From the human T2T-CHM13v2.0 reference genome, Homo sapiens: a DNA stretch of 64,000 bases. The stretch is from the NCBI RefSeq assembly GCF_009914755.1, contig NC_060941.1. One strand, written 5' to 3'. Within the stretch, counting starts at the first letter, position 1; each line of letters begins with the position of its first letter. This document shows positions 35,861 through 58,419 of this stretch, piece after piece. The translations under genes and the position numbers were made by a program. Below the pieces are notes generated by a model. That model was not told the DNA's origin, searched no databases, and was given only the letters and a program-made list of their open reading frames with translations.

Positions 35861-37645
35861 CGACCACACACTCTTGTGAACAATTTTTACTGACCATATT
35901 ATACCAGCCTTACCATTCAAAGCCTACAATAGTTAATTGCATAATATAGCAACTGATATCAACAAACAGTTCACCATAAAGAGGCTCAAATAGTTAAATT
36001 CAACATTATATAACAAAGAAATGAAAGTGCCATTTTACACTATTAAATTCACAAAAACTTCTGAAGAAAAATGGTTTTCTCTACTACTTATGGTAAAACA
36101 GGTATATCCATATATCTGTTAGGAGCACAAACTGGTATAACACCCTTGAAAACAGTAGGACAATATATGTGAGGAGCCATAAAAACACTGATACCCCTTA
36201 ACATAATAACACACTCCAAAATTTATCCTTAAGATATCATTAGAAAAAATGCAACAGTATCTACAATGATGTAGATTAAAGTGTTAACTGAAAACCACCC
36301 AGACAGCAGTATAAATACTTCACATAAAAAGACTTAGGTAAATTGTAGCATGACTTGATGAAATTATTTTTGCAGCCTTTCAATATATAAAGTTAAATTA
36401 TAAAATCTATAAGATGTAAATGTTTCATGATATAGTAAGTTTTTAAAAATCAAACTATAATGTATCATAATTTAAAATGAATTTTAAAATGTATATTTTG
36501 AAATGAAATGCCAAAAAGAAAATCAATTGTCTTAGGATAATAACCCAACATTTAACAATTTATTTATTATCAATTTATTCAACATTAAATAATAAAGTTC
36601 TACCCTACCAAGGAAATGAAGGGGTTCCAGGACACAAGCTTGATAAAGTCTCAAAAGGACCACCCCTCCCTTCTACTGCTCACTTTGGCCTTGACTGAGT
36701 GTTTTCATACTCTCCTTGGTCATGATGACCTATACTAACCCAAACCCCAGTTTTTCAAGGACCAGCCAACTGCCTCAATTGGTCCTCTGATCATCCCTAT
36801 GAACCCGTGGGAGACAAATCATGCAAAACAAGCGAACACTCAAGAAACAAAGAACCTGGCCGGACGTAGTGGTTCACGCCTGTAATCCCAGCACTTTGGG
36901 AGGCCAAGGCGGGTGGATCACCTGAGGTCAGGAATTCGAGACCAGTCTGACCAACATGGCAAAGTCCCAAGCTACTAGGGAGGCTGAGGCAAGAGAATCG
37001 CTTGAACCCAGGAGGCAGAGGTTGCAGTGAGCCGAGATCCCACCAGTGTACTCCAGCCTGGGCGACAGAGTGAGACTCTGTCTCGAAAAAAAACAATTTT
37101 TTTGATTTATTTATTAGTTTAACATTTATTACTTTAACAATTTACTTATTTATTACTTTAACCAATCAGCAAGTAGTCAGCCCAAGTTTCACTGTAAACC
37201 CTAAAAATATACAATATTGCCACATTAAAGTCTCTGGGATTCTCAAGGCTAACTTGCTGACTTAGCAGTGGACTGTATCAGTTAAAAGGCAGTGTGGACT
37301 CAGACAATCAAAGAACCAGGGGCCAGGAGACCTGAGAACAATTAAAAGCAAAATGTAGATAGATTTTTTTTTTAACTACAAAAAACACAAAGCTAAAAAG
37401 TCCAGCTTAAACCAGATGAGTAAAAAAATAGCTGGAGATATTCTTTTAAGTCTTAGCCAGAGTGCAAAAGGGAGGATGGAAAGTCATTTTATTAAGAGCT
37501 GAAGCTAGCCCGGCACAGTGGCTCACACCTGTAATCCCAGCTCTTTGGGAGGCCAAGGCGGGTGGATCACTTGAGGTCAGGAGTTCGAGACCAGCCTGAC
37601 CAACATGGTGAACCCCCATCTCCAGTAAAAATACAAAATTAGTCA

Positions 37646-37786
<141 letters not shown>

Positions 37787-37926
37787 TCAAAAAAAAAAAA
37801 AAAAAGACCTGAAGCTTTTTGCGGATGAAGATATCTCACAAAAGACAAGTACTGAAAATTCATGGCCAGGCATGGTGGCTCACACCTGTAATTCCAGCAC
37901 TTTGGGAGGCCAAGGCAGGTGGATCA

Positions 37927-38184
<258 letters not shown>

Positions 38185-38262
38185 TTAAAAATAATTTTAG
38201 GTCGGGTGCGGTGGCTCACGCCTGTAATCCTGACACTTTGGGAGGCCGAAGCGAGTGGATCA

Positions 38263-38484
<222 letters not shown>

Positions 38485-39232
38485 TCAAAAAAATAATAAT
38501 AATTTTAACTCTGATGCCTCATAAGGAAAGTATTAAAAGCCTTCTAATTTATTTCTGTAGTATTACCATTTTCTAAGTGTAATAATGAAAGACGAAGACA
38601 CCATAGCTGACCAAGAAGATTAATTACTGTGAAATAATAAATACTCAAGACTAAACTGTTTTTAATTAACAGGTATTTCAGCAAAAAGTAAATAATCTGA
38701 AAGACTAATAGTATCAATAGAGGTAGTACAACCACTAGGAAAAAAAGTTCAACCTTTTGTTTCTATTGATATGTTCTCCATATTTAGATCCTCAAAACTG
38801 CAGATATATACAGTCATTCATGACACTATGTAAATAGCAGATAACAGGAAAAACAATTCAATACTTAACCAAGTTCACTGGAGCACAAAGTAATCGCCAC
38901 TCAAGAATGCTGACACAAAAACTGAAGGACCTCTCAAGTTCCAATAGCACGCAGATAAGCTGAGCCCCTATGCAGTTACTCATCTGAACAGAAGTGGAAG
39001 ATTAACCTACCCTCACTCATTTCACACACTAACCTGACAAGGCAGCAGGCAGTCTCTTCGGAGCTTGTTCATCATTCAGTCTGTTCCAGAAGTAACCGAT
39101 TCCGTTAGGATCTGTGCCTTCAGGTTACCACTGTTTCACTACAGCCCTGTATCACTTCACCCTTGTCCCACCTTATTCTTTCAGGCATTATAAAATTCTT
39201 GTTTTCTAAATAAAGTTCTAAACCTTACTCAC

Positions 39233-39289
39233 CTGCAGTTCACTGCACTGGGTATCACCCAAATAGCCCATCAGAGCTCTTTATAATTT
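39233..39289 (-). other. HELZ: HELZ non-coding exon 3 (57 nt)
   Basis: Acceptor ctttcttctttgtctttcAG at 39291-39290, consensus donor CAG|gtgagt at 39232. Confidence 0.82.
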
Positions 39290-41920
39290 CTGAAAGACAA
39301 AGAAGAAAGTTTTTTTAATACATAGTAGAAAACACCATTCACCAAGATATCAGTTCCAAAGCATTTGTATCCAATATTCCCAGCATATGGTCTTTTGGTC
39401 CACACTAGTTCAATAAAATGTAGCATGACCAGCACTAGACCAAGAGTCTTGAGATAAGCCTCCAAAGATTAAAAACAAGCTTGGTTTAATGTTGCTACTA
39501 CTGAGCTGTGTGACCTTGAGCAACTCATTTAATTTCTTCAGGCCTATATTTCCTTATCTGGAAAATAAGTCACTTAGACTAGCTAGAGAAAGAAGAGCAC
39601 AGGCTTTCCAGGAAGAACACCAGCTCCACTACTTTACTGGTCTCGTGACGTTACGTTAGTTGAGTCACACTTAAGCCTGAATTTCTTCCTTTGTAAAATG
39701 GAAATAACTATCTCGTGAGTTGCTATGAGAATTAAAGGAGATGATGAGTTATAAAAAGCCTATAGTAAATATACTGTGCAGCTTATCCTAAAATTCAACA
39801 GATGGTAATTCATTACTACCATTAACCCCCACCAGCCCTAACATTACATGAATTCAATTCATGCATATTTCTTTTAAAAGATCAACAAATCAAAACTTTA
39901 CCAACCTGACTAAAGAACTAACTGTTTTCATGTTTCACAATTCAAATTACAGTTATCTTAAGCTGATGGTAGTTTATCATTATTACTTATCACAGAAAAT
40001 AAGAACAGAATAGTCCCTGCACAACATCCAAACTCTGGTTCAATGACCATGCCTTTTCTGACTTCTCACTCTACTTCCACACTGCCAGAATATCTCAGGA
40101 ATAGAGAGGTCTTCCAAAAGCTAAATGACACCCAGCTGTTTGCCAGATTCAGCTCAAGGGAGCAGGACTAGAGACAGAAGAAGAACAGAGGCTTTTCTTT
40201 TTTTTAACCTTTTTTACTTTACATAAGTACTGCTCAAATTTGTTTACCATAAGCATACAGGAGTTTTGCATAAAAGTAAATAATTTTTTAAAACTGTATT
40301 AGTTAAACACGTTGCCTACTGACAGGAAGCTCGCATTATAGGACATTTTCATCACAACAAAGATAATTTCTGCAGAAGGAAGCAAAAAGGCAAATTCAGA
40401 TGTGACAAGAACACCTAAAATATAGCACAGAAATGACAAAAATCACAAACATTCACACTTCAGAATAGTTCAGTCAACAAAGATGCCATGCATTCTTTGA
40501 AGAACCTGACGATGAATCAAGTTCTTTTTTGTTCAAAGACAAGATATATGTATACACTCTGCTTTACCAAACAACTTCCTGCTCTTACTTGGAGAAACTG
40601 ACCCAGTACAATTCACAAAAGTAAACAAGTTGGTATGACTGTTGGTATTAGTTGAAAAACTTTCCATTTCTTTTGAATAATTAAAAGTTGACCAAAATAG
40701 TTATTACATGTATATATAAATAAAATTCTTCCTGTTACATCTACAGTGGTCTTTTAAAAAGAGGAATATTCACTTCTAACAGATTCAAGATTACTGAAAA
40801 CTATTATCCCAGCCACCCTCAAAGCAATAAACCATCATGTTATATGCTGCTTCTAGCCAATGCTACAGAAGTAACCCTGACTGCACTCATCAACTGAAAT
40901 GAATGGTAAGATAGTATGGCATACTCTCCACTTGTATCACTTTTCTTCTAGAAAACATTTCAAAACATTACTTAGAAATCCAATTACATCTGCATGTATA
41001 TTCACCTAAGTTTATGAAAATTAAACCTAAAAATTTGCTTATAATTTTTTAAGTAGTTCCTCCCCATCTCTTGGATAACTGTTGTTGATACACCTGGCCC
41101 GAAATCTTCTATACATTTGAAACAACAGGCAAAGGTCCTTATTTCTTGTATGGGGCCTGTATTTGGATCTTAGGGTCTCTGACAGACAATTATAGACTAA
41201 TCTACATTCAATATTAATGCCAAGCCTACTGCTTAAATAGAGAACACATGCATCTGTAAGATCTGGGCTACTTACTTGTAGGTCCCTCTGCACTATTCTT
41301 AGCCTTTCATGAATATGCTGTAGATTTTTTAATTACACGAGGCCCTTTGCAAGTAAAAATGACTTTTCCTGTTGTTTTGGCATCACTCCTCTTCCAGTGA
41401 AAACTGGACAGTCTATAAATATATACCAACTTTAAGACAATGCATTTTAATATCTATGGCATTAGAAAATAAAACTTCTTGTTAACAAATGCAATAATCA
41501 AGTTTACCAGCTAATAGAAAGGTACTTACTCCCAAAAACTACAGCCTTACCTAAAAATAGTGTCCTAGCTTCCCAGCCAAAAGGACAGACTAAAAAAGCT
41601 CTGTCTTTATTCAGCTCAGAGACACAGACTTCTACCTCACCACAACCTTCAATACTATGGCATTTCCCATTTTAGAATACTTTGTGTAACAAGTTGTTCA
41701 GTGGCCAACCACTAACTTCGCTTTGAAATGAATACTAACACTTCACAGAGTCTACATGTGTGAGAACTGTGGAAAATGTCTTGACACAATTCAGGTCAAA
41801 CAACACTAGCCACACAAGATTACCTACTTCTAAGTATTCCATTTTAGACTACAAACAAACATCTCCACAGTCAAAAAGCAGACCACTGGCTCCTTTCCAC
41901 AAAATTATCTGTAGGCTTCA

Positions 41921-42210
<290 letters not shown>

Positions 42211-42237
42211 TCAAAAAAAAAAAAAAAAGAAAAAAAA

Positions 42238-42357
42238 TCTATCTATCTATATACATAGATACACACATATATACACATATATACATATATACACACATAT
42301 CTATACACACATATATGTATATATACACACATATATGTATATATACACACATATATA
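42238..42357. repeat. Compound (TA)n/(CA)n microsatellite
   Basis: tatatacacacatata-type repeats following an Alu tail. Confidence 0.9.
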
Positions 42358-43544
42358 AAGTTCAAATTGGGAGGTCTAAGGCAGGAATATGCCTCCATCT
42401 GCAAAATAAAAATAAATTTAAAAATCCATATTTGCTCTGCCAAAAATAAAAATTATATGAAATAAACATAAGCACTGCTGAGTTTCAAACACAAGAAAAT
42501 GCAGTATGTGCACTTACAAAAGAATCTTGGTTTATGTCCACCTTCCTTTCCTAAGTTTTTATTTTTTTAAGGCAAAATGTCAATTACATGCCTCAATCTA
42601 GAAAAAAAAAAAAGGATAGCTTATTCTTCTTAAACAGATGTTGTGATAGACACGAAAAATTTGTAAGAGGATTTCAAAATCCAGAGGCCCAGATGTGTGG
42701 AGAAACAACAAAAAAAAAACTACAGTAACCAATCGACCACAATTACTTATTATTTTTCTAAAAAAAAACTTAGTAAAACATTTTAAGTTGAGAAAACTCG
42801 TGAAAAATGTAAAAGTAGCAAACTTCTCTTCCTCTCTATAGCACAGAAAACTATTCACTAACACTGTATCAATAATATCCTTTAAATCCAAAGCATTACA
42901 AATTAGATTAAATAAAGCACTTTGAATAAATTCACACACCGTGTGTGATCAGGACATAATGACAAACTAGTCTATTTCCTAATAAGCTAAACAGATCTCA
43001 ACACTATCATCTTTATTTCAAAATAATTATTAAAGAGAAAAGTACTACTCCATTTTTCAGAAAATAAAAGCAGGAGTGATTGACCTGCCTAATTCTTTCT
43101 AACGGAAAGGGTATACTTTACGAGTCCCACAAACCAGGTACACACAAAATCCATATACATAATCACCGGGACTAAACGTACAGTAGGTGATAGACACCAA
43201 AACACAAATAAAATTAAGACATCCAAGTAAAGTTACGCAAGAAAATTTGAATAGGCAAACTATAATTATCCCTGGTGAAGATACTGATCAAGAATAGCTG
43301 CAAGTAACATTTGGCTCTTAGTTAAGTACCACTATGTTTGAGTATGTTGGAGCAACTGAAAAGATTGGTACATTCAACATATTTTTCCTTTCTAAATCTA
43401 GCCCTGCCCATAGACCCACTGACTGAGTGATACATTTGGAAAACAAAGATGGCCCCATCAAATTACTCAGTTTCAGCCTTACTCTTACCAGTTGATTAAA
43501 ATAAAGAAGGAAAAAAAGGAAATCATTTTTAACTGCAGTCTCAC

Positions 43545-43600
43545 CTTACACATCTCACCAGCACTGTAGTTCATTAGTGATCCATTACTTCATCCAAATC
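43545..43600 (-). other. HELZ: HELZ non-coding exon 2 (56 nt)
   Basis: Acceptor tcttttctatttgcctcAG at 43602-43601, donor AAG|gtgaga at 43544, in repeat-free sequence. Confidence 0.8.
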
Positions 43601-44908
43601 CTGAGGCAAATAGAAAAGATGTTTCCATACAACACCAGTAACAGACATTATCAGTAGCAAACATTTTATCAGCCTGAAGTGAAAGGGCATCTACATTTAA
43701 AATGGAAAAAGTTACAAAAATGGTACAGTGTGCAGCTTTGCAAATGAGTCTGGTTTTTGACCTTAAAACATTTCCTTTCAGTAAGGTAAAAGAATAGATT
43801 ATACAATGCTCTTAAAACTCAAAAACATAATAAAATCATCTTTTTCAACACAGACTGACCTTACTTTCAAAAACATAAAGAAATGAAGGAGAGGAAATTT
43901 CATTAATATGAGTTTAAGAGAGAGCAAAATTAAGAACAAACTAGGCAAGACAGACAACTCCTCCCTCCTTCCCCCGCTCCAGGAATCCACTGTCTCTGAA
44001 GTTACACTTTTTATTATATTAATGATTTGCCTGAGAAGTGTTAAGTTGTGAGGGAGAAGGAATGACAATTTTTGAACTGCAAACAAAACCTGAGGATCCC
44101 GATCCAAGAACAATCAGAGGACCCTGGCTTCCAGCCCTGTCTGAAGATTTCTCAGCAAAGGCGAGGGTGCAGAAGGCTCCAATAATTTAGGGGAGAGGAA
44201 TCGAAGTTCCCTAGGTAAGACTGCAGTCTGTGAGCCCTTGAAAAGGGTACTGGAGTACTCTCAAGGAATCTCCAGGAAAAGAGAGCCTATCTTTATTTTT
44301 GTTGATGTGCTTGTGGGCCAAAGAGCATTTCCGAGGAGGGGGCGGGGAAAGGGGGGAAGAAAGTGAATCTCGGGCCGAGAGCCCTCCGCGGGGGAGGGAG
44401 GGGGCGCACGCCTGACCCACTTTTCCCCACGCCCCCGCTCCAGCCCCCACCCCACCCGGTGGAAGTCCGAGGCCTGAGGGGGGGCATCGAGCGGGGCGTG
44501 GGAGGCCCGCACGCTCCCCACCCCCAGCCGCGACCCGGAGGAGGGGAACGTGCCGGGAGGCTCGAGTCCCCCTCCCAGAGTGCTCTGGGCCGGAGAAACC
44601 TCCCGCAGGCTCCCGGGCCAGGCGTGCAAGGCCCCCTCTCCTGCCAGGGCCCAGGACGCTGCGGGCCCCAGCGGAGGGGAAGGGGACTAAGTAGGGGAAG
44701 AAGCTGTAAACAGCCCCAGCGTCCGGGCCTCGCCTCGAAGAGCCGCGCTTCCCAGGCCCAGCCGCGGGCCGCCCAGGCCCCCAGCCTGCCCCGGGGCCGC
44801 CGCGCCCGGGGTCCGGGACACCGGAGGGGAGTCGGGTCCCCTCCCCGGAGAGCTCCGGGAGCTCGCGGAGCGGCCCCAGGAGCAGAGAAGGGGGAAGTCA
44901 GGACTTAC

Positions 44909-44994
44909 CTGTCATTACTTTCTACGCCATCTTGGATCCACTTGTCAACGTCCCCACAAAGCATTATGGGTAAGAAAGAGCCTTTAAAGTGACT
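44909..44994 (-). other. HELZ: HELZ non-coding exon 1 (5' end approximate)
   Basis: Consensus donor CAG|gtaagt at 44908 inside the CpG island. AT-richer patch containing a YY1 motif. TSS placed near AGTCAC at about 44994 by inference. Confidence 0.8.
44925..44934 (-). promoter_or_regulatory. YY1-type motif CAAGATGGCG, overlapping a uAUG
   Basis: Matches the YY1 consensus (CAAGATGGCGGC core) just downstream of the inferred TSS, the usual position for such sites. Confidence 0.6.
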
Positions 44995-47099
44995 CCCCCC
45001 GGCCCCCGACTCCCGCCTCCCGCCGCCGGCGCCGCCCCCTCCGGCCGCGCCTCCCGCCCGGAAAGTTGCCCCGGGTGGACTGCCGACCCCGGCGCCCGCA
45101 GCTGGCCCCTTCCCCTCCCCCGGGCTGACGGCATTGAAAATTCACCCGCATTTTTAAAACGTGGCTTTGGGGTTTTCTCCCTTTCTCCTGCCCCGGCCTC
45201 CCTGCCCCCACGCCCGGTCCTCTCGCCTCGCCGCGTTCCTGCCCGGGCAGACGCCCCGCGTCTGCATTGAATCAACCCGAGGTTTCCTTGCCGCCCGCGG
45301 CGCGGCGCGGAGCTGCTCGCGGATTTATTTGTGCGCGTGGATGTGAGCGTTTCTGCTCCTGCGGCCGCGCTTCCAGGAAGCCCGCGAGCGGCCGGGGTCG
45401 CCTTCAGAGGCCGCGCAGACCAGCTCCGCACCCGCCGCCCGGAGAGGTGCCTCTGCCCTGGGAAACCGCCCCGGGGCCGTTGGGCTCCGGGAACTGGGAG
45501 GACGCCGTGTCCCCGAGTCCACCAGCGTCGAAGCACGATTTAAAAAAAAAAATTGAGCCAAATGCAACTTTTTACCCCTTGTTTACTCTGTGTCCCGCGG
45601 TCTCCTCCTCCGGGCGGGTAACGTGATCCGCGACCCTCTAGGTGGGGACCCCTCCCCTAGGAATGTGGCTCCAGGCTCCGCGGAGCCACCCTGGGAGCGT
45701 CCGGGCTGCGGACTGTGACTCCGGGGCAGGTAATCCGGGGCGCCGGCTGCGGGCTCCGGGCGGGGCGGGGCGCGGAGGCAGCCAGGGCTCGGGGGAGGGT
45801 CCCGGGCGGAGAGCAGGGTGCGCCAGTCCGGGTCCACCTGGCGGGTCGGGGGAGAACCGCGGGCGCCGCTGCAGCTCGGGAGGCTGGAGGTGGGGACGCC
45901 CGGCGTCTCCGGGCTGCGACCCGCTGCGCTGGAAAGTGTGGGGCGCCTTGGCGCGGGCTGAGGTCTCTGACCCGGGCGAGTACCCCCAGCCCGCCGGCCA
46001 CACTGCTGCCGGGCATCCTCTCCCCGCGACACCACGCCCGCTTTCGGCTGCGCGGGGCGAGCAGCGTACTGACCCCGGCGTCCAGCCGCCCAGGTCCCCC
46101 CAGCAACGGAGGCCCCTTGGTCAGCCTCCTCCCGCGCTCTCCGCAGAGCCTCTGGTCCCTGCTTTGCTGTCTTTGGAGGCCTGCTCCAGTTGCTTTTTTT
46201 TTTTTCCAAGCAAGTTTTTACAACAAGGAGATACCCAAAAGAAAATTCTCCAAGACAGGAATGCTTGCGAATTGTATTCGGTACAAAATGCTGTTGAACG
46301 GCTCTACCTTTAGAAGACCGCAGAAGCACTGGCATTAAAACCCTCTTTCGGTGCACGGGGAGGGCCTGGGGCCTTGGATCTACCCGAGGATTTTACGCTC
46401 CTCCAGACCCTATCAACAGCCTCACTAGGAACGTGAACGGTGGCAGACAGGAGCCCTGCCCCTGGGGAGCCAAAAACTCCACCAGGCAATTGTCCCGGTC
46501 TGATGAGAAGGTGTAGACACATTAAGGGATTGGCCCCGGGTCACTCGTGAAGGAGGGAACGAGGTAGTGAGTCATTCCCAGCCAAGAACGCAGCGTGCTG
46601 GGGAGCAACCTCCCCTGAGTCACCTGCTTCTCACCTCGGAATAAGTGGAGAAACTGGAGCCTGGAGCCAGGTTCTTAGACGGCCCAGCAAGGTAGCCACC
46701 AAGGGCATGGGCTAGGCTGGGGGGAGGCAGCGCCCCTCCTGCTGGAAAAGGGAATGCTTGGCCCGTCTGAAGAAGGCTCCAATGTCTCTTTCCAGGGTAC
46801 CCCAGGTGCTTCTTTTCCAATTCCTCTTTTGCACTTATTTAGCCACTGGTATGCACTGGCTTAATGGTGGTTTTGTTTGCATGGCACCTTTAGGTATGTG
46901 GTCTGAGTTTATGCAAAAGTAATGACAAAAGCCGCAGTGACTTTTGCACCCACCTAATATAAGTAAACAGGAAATAAGTTGAGGGCAAGGACTGTGTCTC
47001 CCAAACACGTTTCTTTGATAAGCAGCCTTTCTTTGCCTTGTATAGGCATTGACCCAAATAAGTGTTCAGTTTGTGTGACTGCCCAACCCATTCACTGCC

Positions 47100-48270
<1,171 letters not shown>

Positions 48271-48487
48271 CCAAACTTCTCTCAGGGATGGGCGTGTTGA
48301 TGAAAAGGAGTGCTAAAGTGTGAAGTGAGATGCTGAGGGCCCTGCCTCGCATCTCTTCAGACCACTGACCACACACAGCTAGAGGCAGGCAGAAAGGAAC
48401 AGTGTTGAGGGAAAACAGGTCCCTTGGCCACCATTGATTTAGCTCAATTCTGATTCTGATCTCATGAACACACACAGCCCTAACTAA

Positions 48488-48736
<249 letters not shown>

Positions 48737-48847
48737 TAATTTTTGTATTTTTAGTAGAGACAGGGTTTCACCATGTTAACTAGGCTGGTCTCGAACTCCT
48801 AGCCTGAAGTGACCCACCCGCCTCGGCTTCTCAAAGTGCTGGGATTA

Positions 48848-49117
<270 letters not shown>

Positions 49118-49469
49118 TCAAAAAAAAAAAGAGAAATAATTATAATGGACTGCCCACGGTGGCTCACGCCTGTAATCTCAGCACTTTGAGAGGCCGAGGC
49201 CAGGAGTTCGATCACTTGAGACCAGGAGTTCGGGACCATCCTGGCCAACATGGCAAACCCTATCTCTACAAAAAATACAAAATTTAGCTGTGCATGGTGG
49301 CTCATGCCTGTCATCTGATCCCAGCTACTCGGGAGGCTGAGGCAGGAGAATCAAGAATCGCTTGAACCTGAGGGGCGGAGGTTGCAGTGAGCTGAGATAG
49401 CGCCACTGCACTCCAGTCTGGGTGACAGAGTGAGACTGTCTCAAAAAAAAAAAAATTATAATGCCTTGA

Positions 49470-56610
<7,141 letters not shown>

Positions 56611-56900
56611 GCTAAAAGAAAACAGACTGGCACGGTGGCTCACACCTGTAATCCCAGCACTTTGGGAGGCCGAGGCAGATGGATCATGAGGTCAGGAGTT
56701 GAAGACCAGCCTGGCCAAGGTGATGAAACCCTGTCTCTACTAAAAATGCAAAAATTAGCCGGGCGTGTTGGCGGGCACCTGTAATCCCAGCTACCCGAGA
56801 GGCTGAGGCAGAGAATTGCTTGAACCCCGGAGGCAGAGGTTGCAGTGAGCCAAGATCTCACCACTGCACTCCAGCCTGGGTGACAGCGAGACTCCATCTC

Positions 56901-56902
56901 AA

Positions 56903-56941
<39 letters not shown>

Positions 56942-56943
56942 AT
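56901..56943 (+). repeat. (AAAT)n tetranucleotide Alu tail
   Basis: About 10 perfect AAAT units. Confidence 0.9.
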
Positions 56944-57065
56944 ATTCAGCTGGGCGCGGTGGTTCACGCCCGTAACCCCAGCACTTTGGGAGGCCAACGC
57001 GGGGTTGGCCAAGGTTAGGAGATCAAGAACATCCTGACTAACACCACTGAAACCCATCTCTACTA

Positions 57066-57200
<135 letters not shown>

Positions 57201-57444
57201 CTAGGTGACAGAGCAAGACTCTGTCTCAAAAAAAAAAAAAAAATAAAAATTTAAAACTCAGTGGATATGTTTGACAAAAAAGCAGCTCTGTATTTTTCTC
57301 CTTCCTAATGAAAGCAGGAACCTTTCTAAAAGGAAGTAGTAGAAGTTTGCAGCATTTCTGGCCTCCCAAACATATCCAGTGGCTGTTTCTGGCTTCTCAG
57401 TTCACTTTTGAATCCCCTACTTTTCCTTCTCTCTCCTAGTCAGA

Positions 57445-57670
57445 TGTGTTCTGTGTGTGTGTGTGTGTGTGTGCATGAGTGTGTGAATGCATGAGTGTGT
57501 GAATGCATGTATGTGTGAACGTGTATTTGTGTGTGGATGAGTGTGTGTGAATGTTTACGTCTGTGTGTTTGCGTGTGTGAACATGTATGTGCTAACGTGC
57601 TTGTGTTTGTGAACATGAGAGTATGTGAGACTGTGTGTGTGTGTGTGAATGAGTGTGTATGTGTGTGTGC
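57445..57670. repeat. Degenerate (TG)n tract
   Basis: About 225 nt of interrupted alternating TG. Confidence 0.9.
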
Positions 57671-58156
57671 GCACAGGCGCCTGTGTGGCTCAGCCTTGGC
57701 CCTTGGCTCTCTGGCTTCTGCAGGCTCTCCCACGGAGCACCCTCTGCTGACTCTGCAGCCCCGCAGGCCTTCCTCGAACAGTCCATGACAGGAAGCCAGG
57801 CTTCCTGGGGTCCTGAGTCAGCAGAGCAGGAAGGAAACAAAGGCCTCAGAACCGCAGAAGAGAAAGAAGGCAGCCTGAAGACAGAAGGCGACCCTCTGAA
57901 GACAGGTCTAGAGACTTAACGTATGATGTTCCTGGAGTCCTGTTGCCTGTAAGGGAAGCACAAACCCTGAGTTGCACTGTGTCCTCTGACCTGTCTGATC
58001 CCAGGCAAGCTCCTCGGCCTCTCTCTGCTACAGTTTCTTTGCCTGTGAAACAGGGATAATAAAATAGCCTTTCCATGGGCTGAGCACGGTGGTTCACACC
58101 TGTAATCCCAGCACTTTGGGAGGCCAAGGCGGGTGGATCACGAGGTCAGGAGTTCA

Positions 58157-58419
<263 letters not shown>

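Larger units (their letters stand above)
44330..46140. promoter_or_regulatory. CpG island / HELZ promoter
   Basis: About 1.8 kb of very high GC and CpG density around exon 1. GC boxes (e.g. GGGCGGGGCGGGGC near 45757) and multiple G-runs. Confidence 0.95.

Noticed and set aside
44211-46356. Long overlapping Arg/Gly/Pro-rich ORFs (up to 257 aa) on both strands
   Set aside because: Expected from stop-codon scarcity in a CpG island; many start at non-ATG codons and none resembles a known protein.
57440-57788. His/Thr-rich and Cys/Val-rich ORFs
   Set aside because: Translations of the (TG/CA)n tract.
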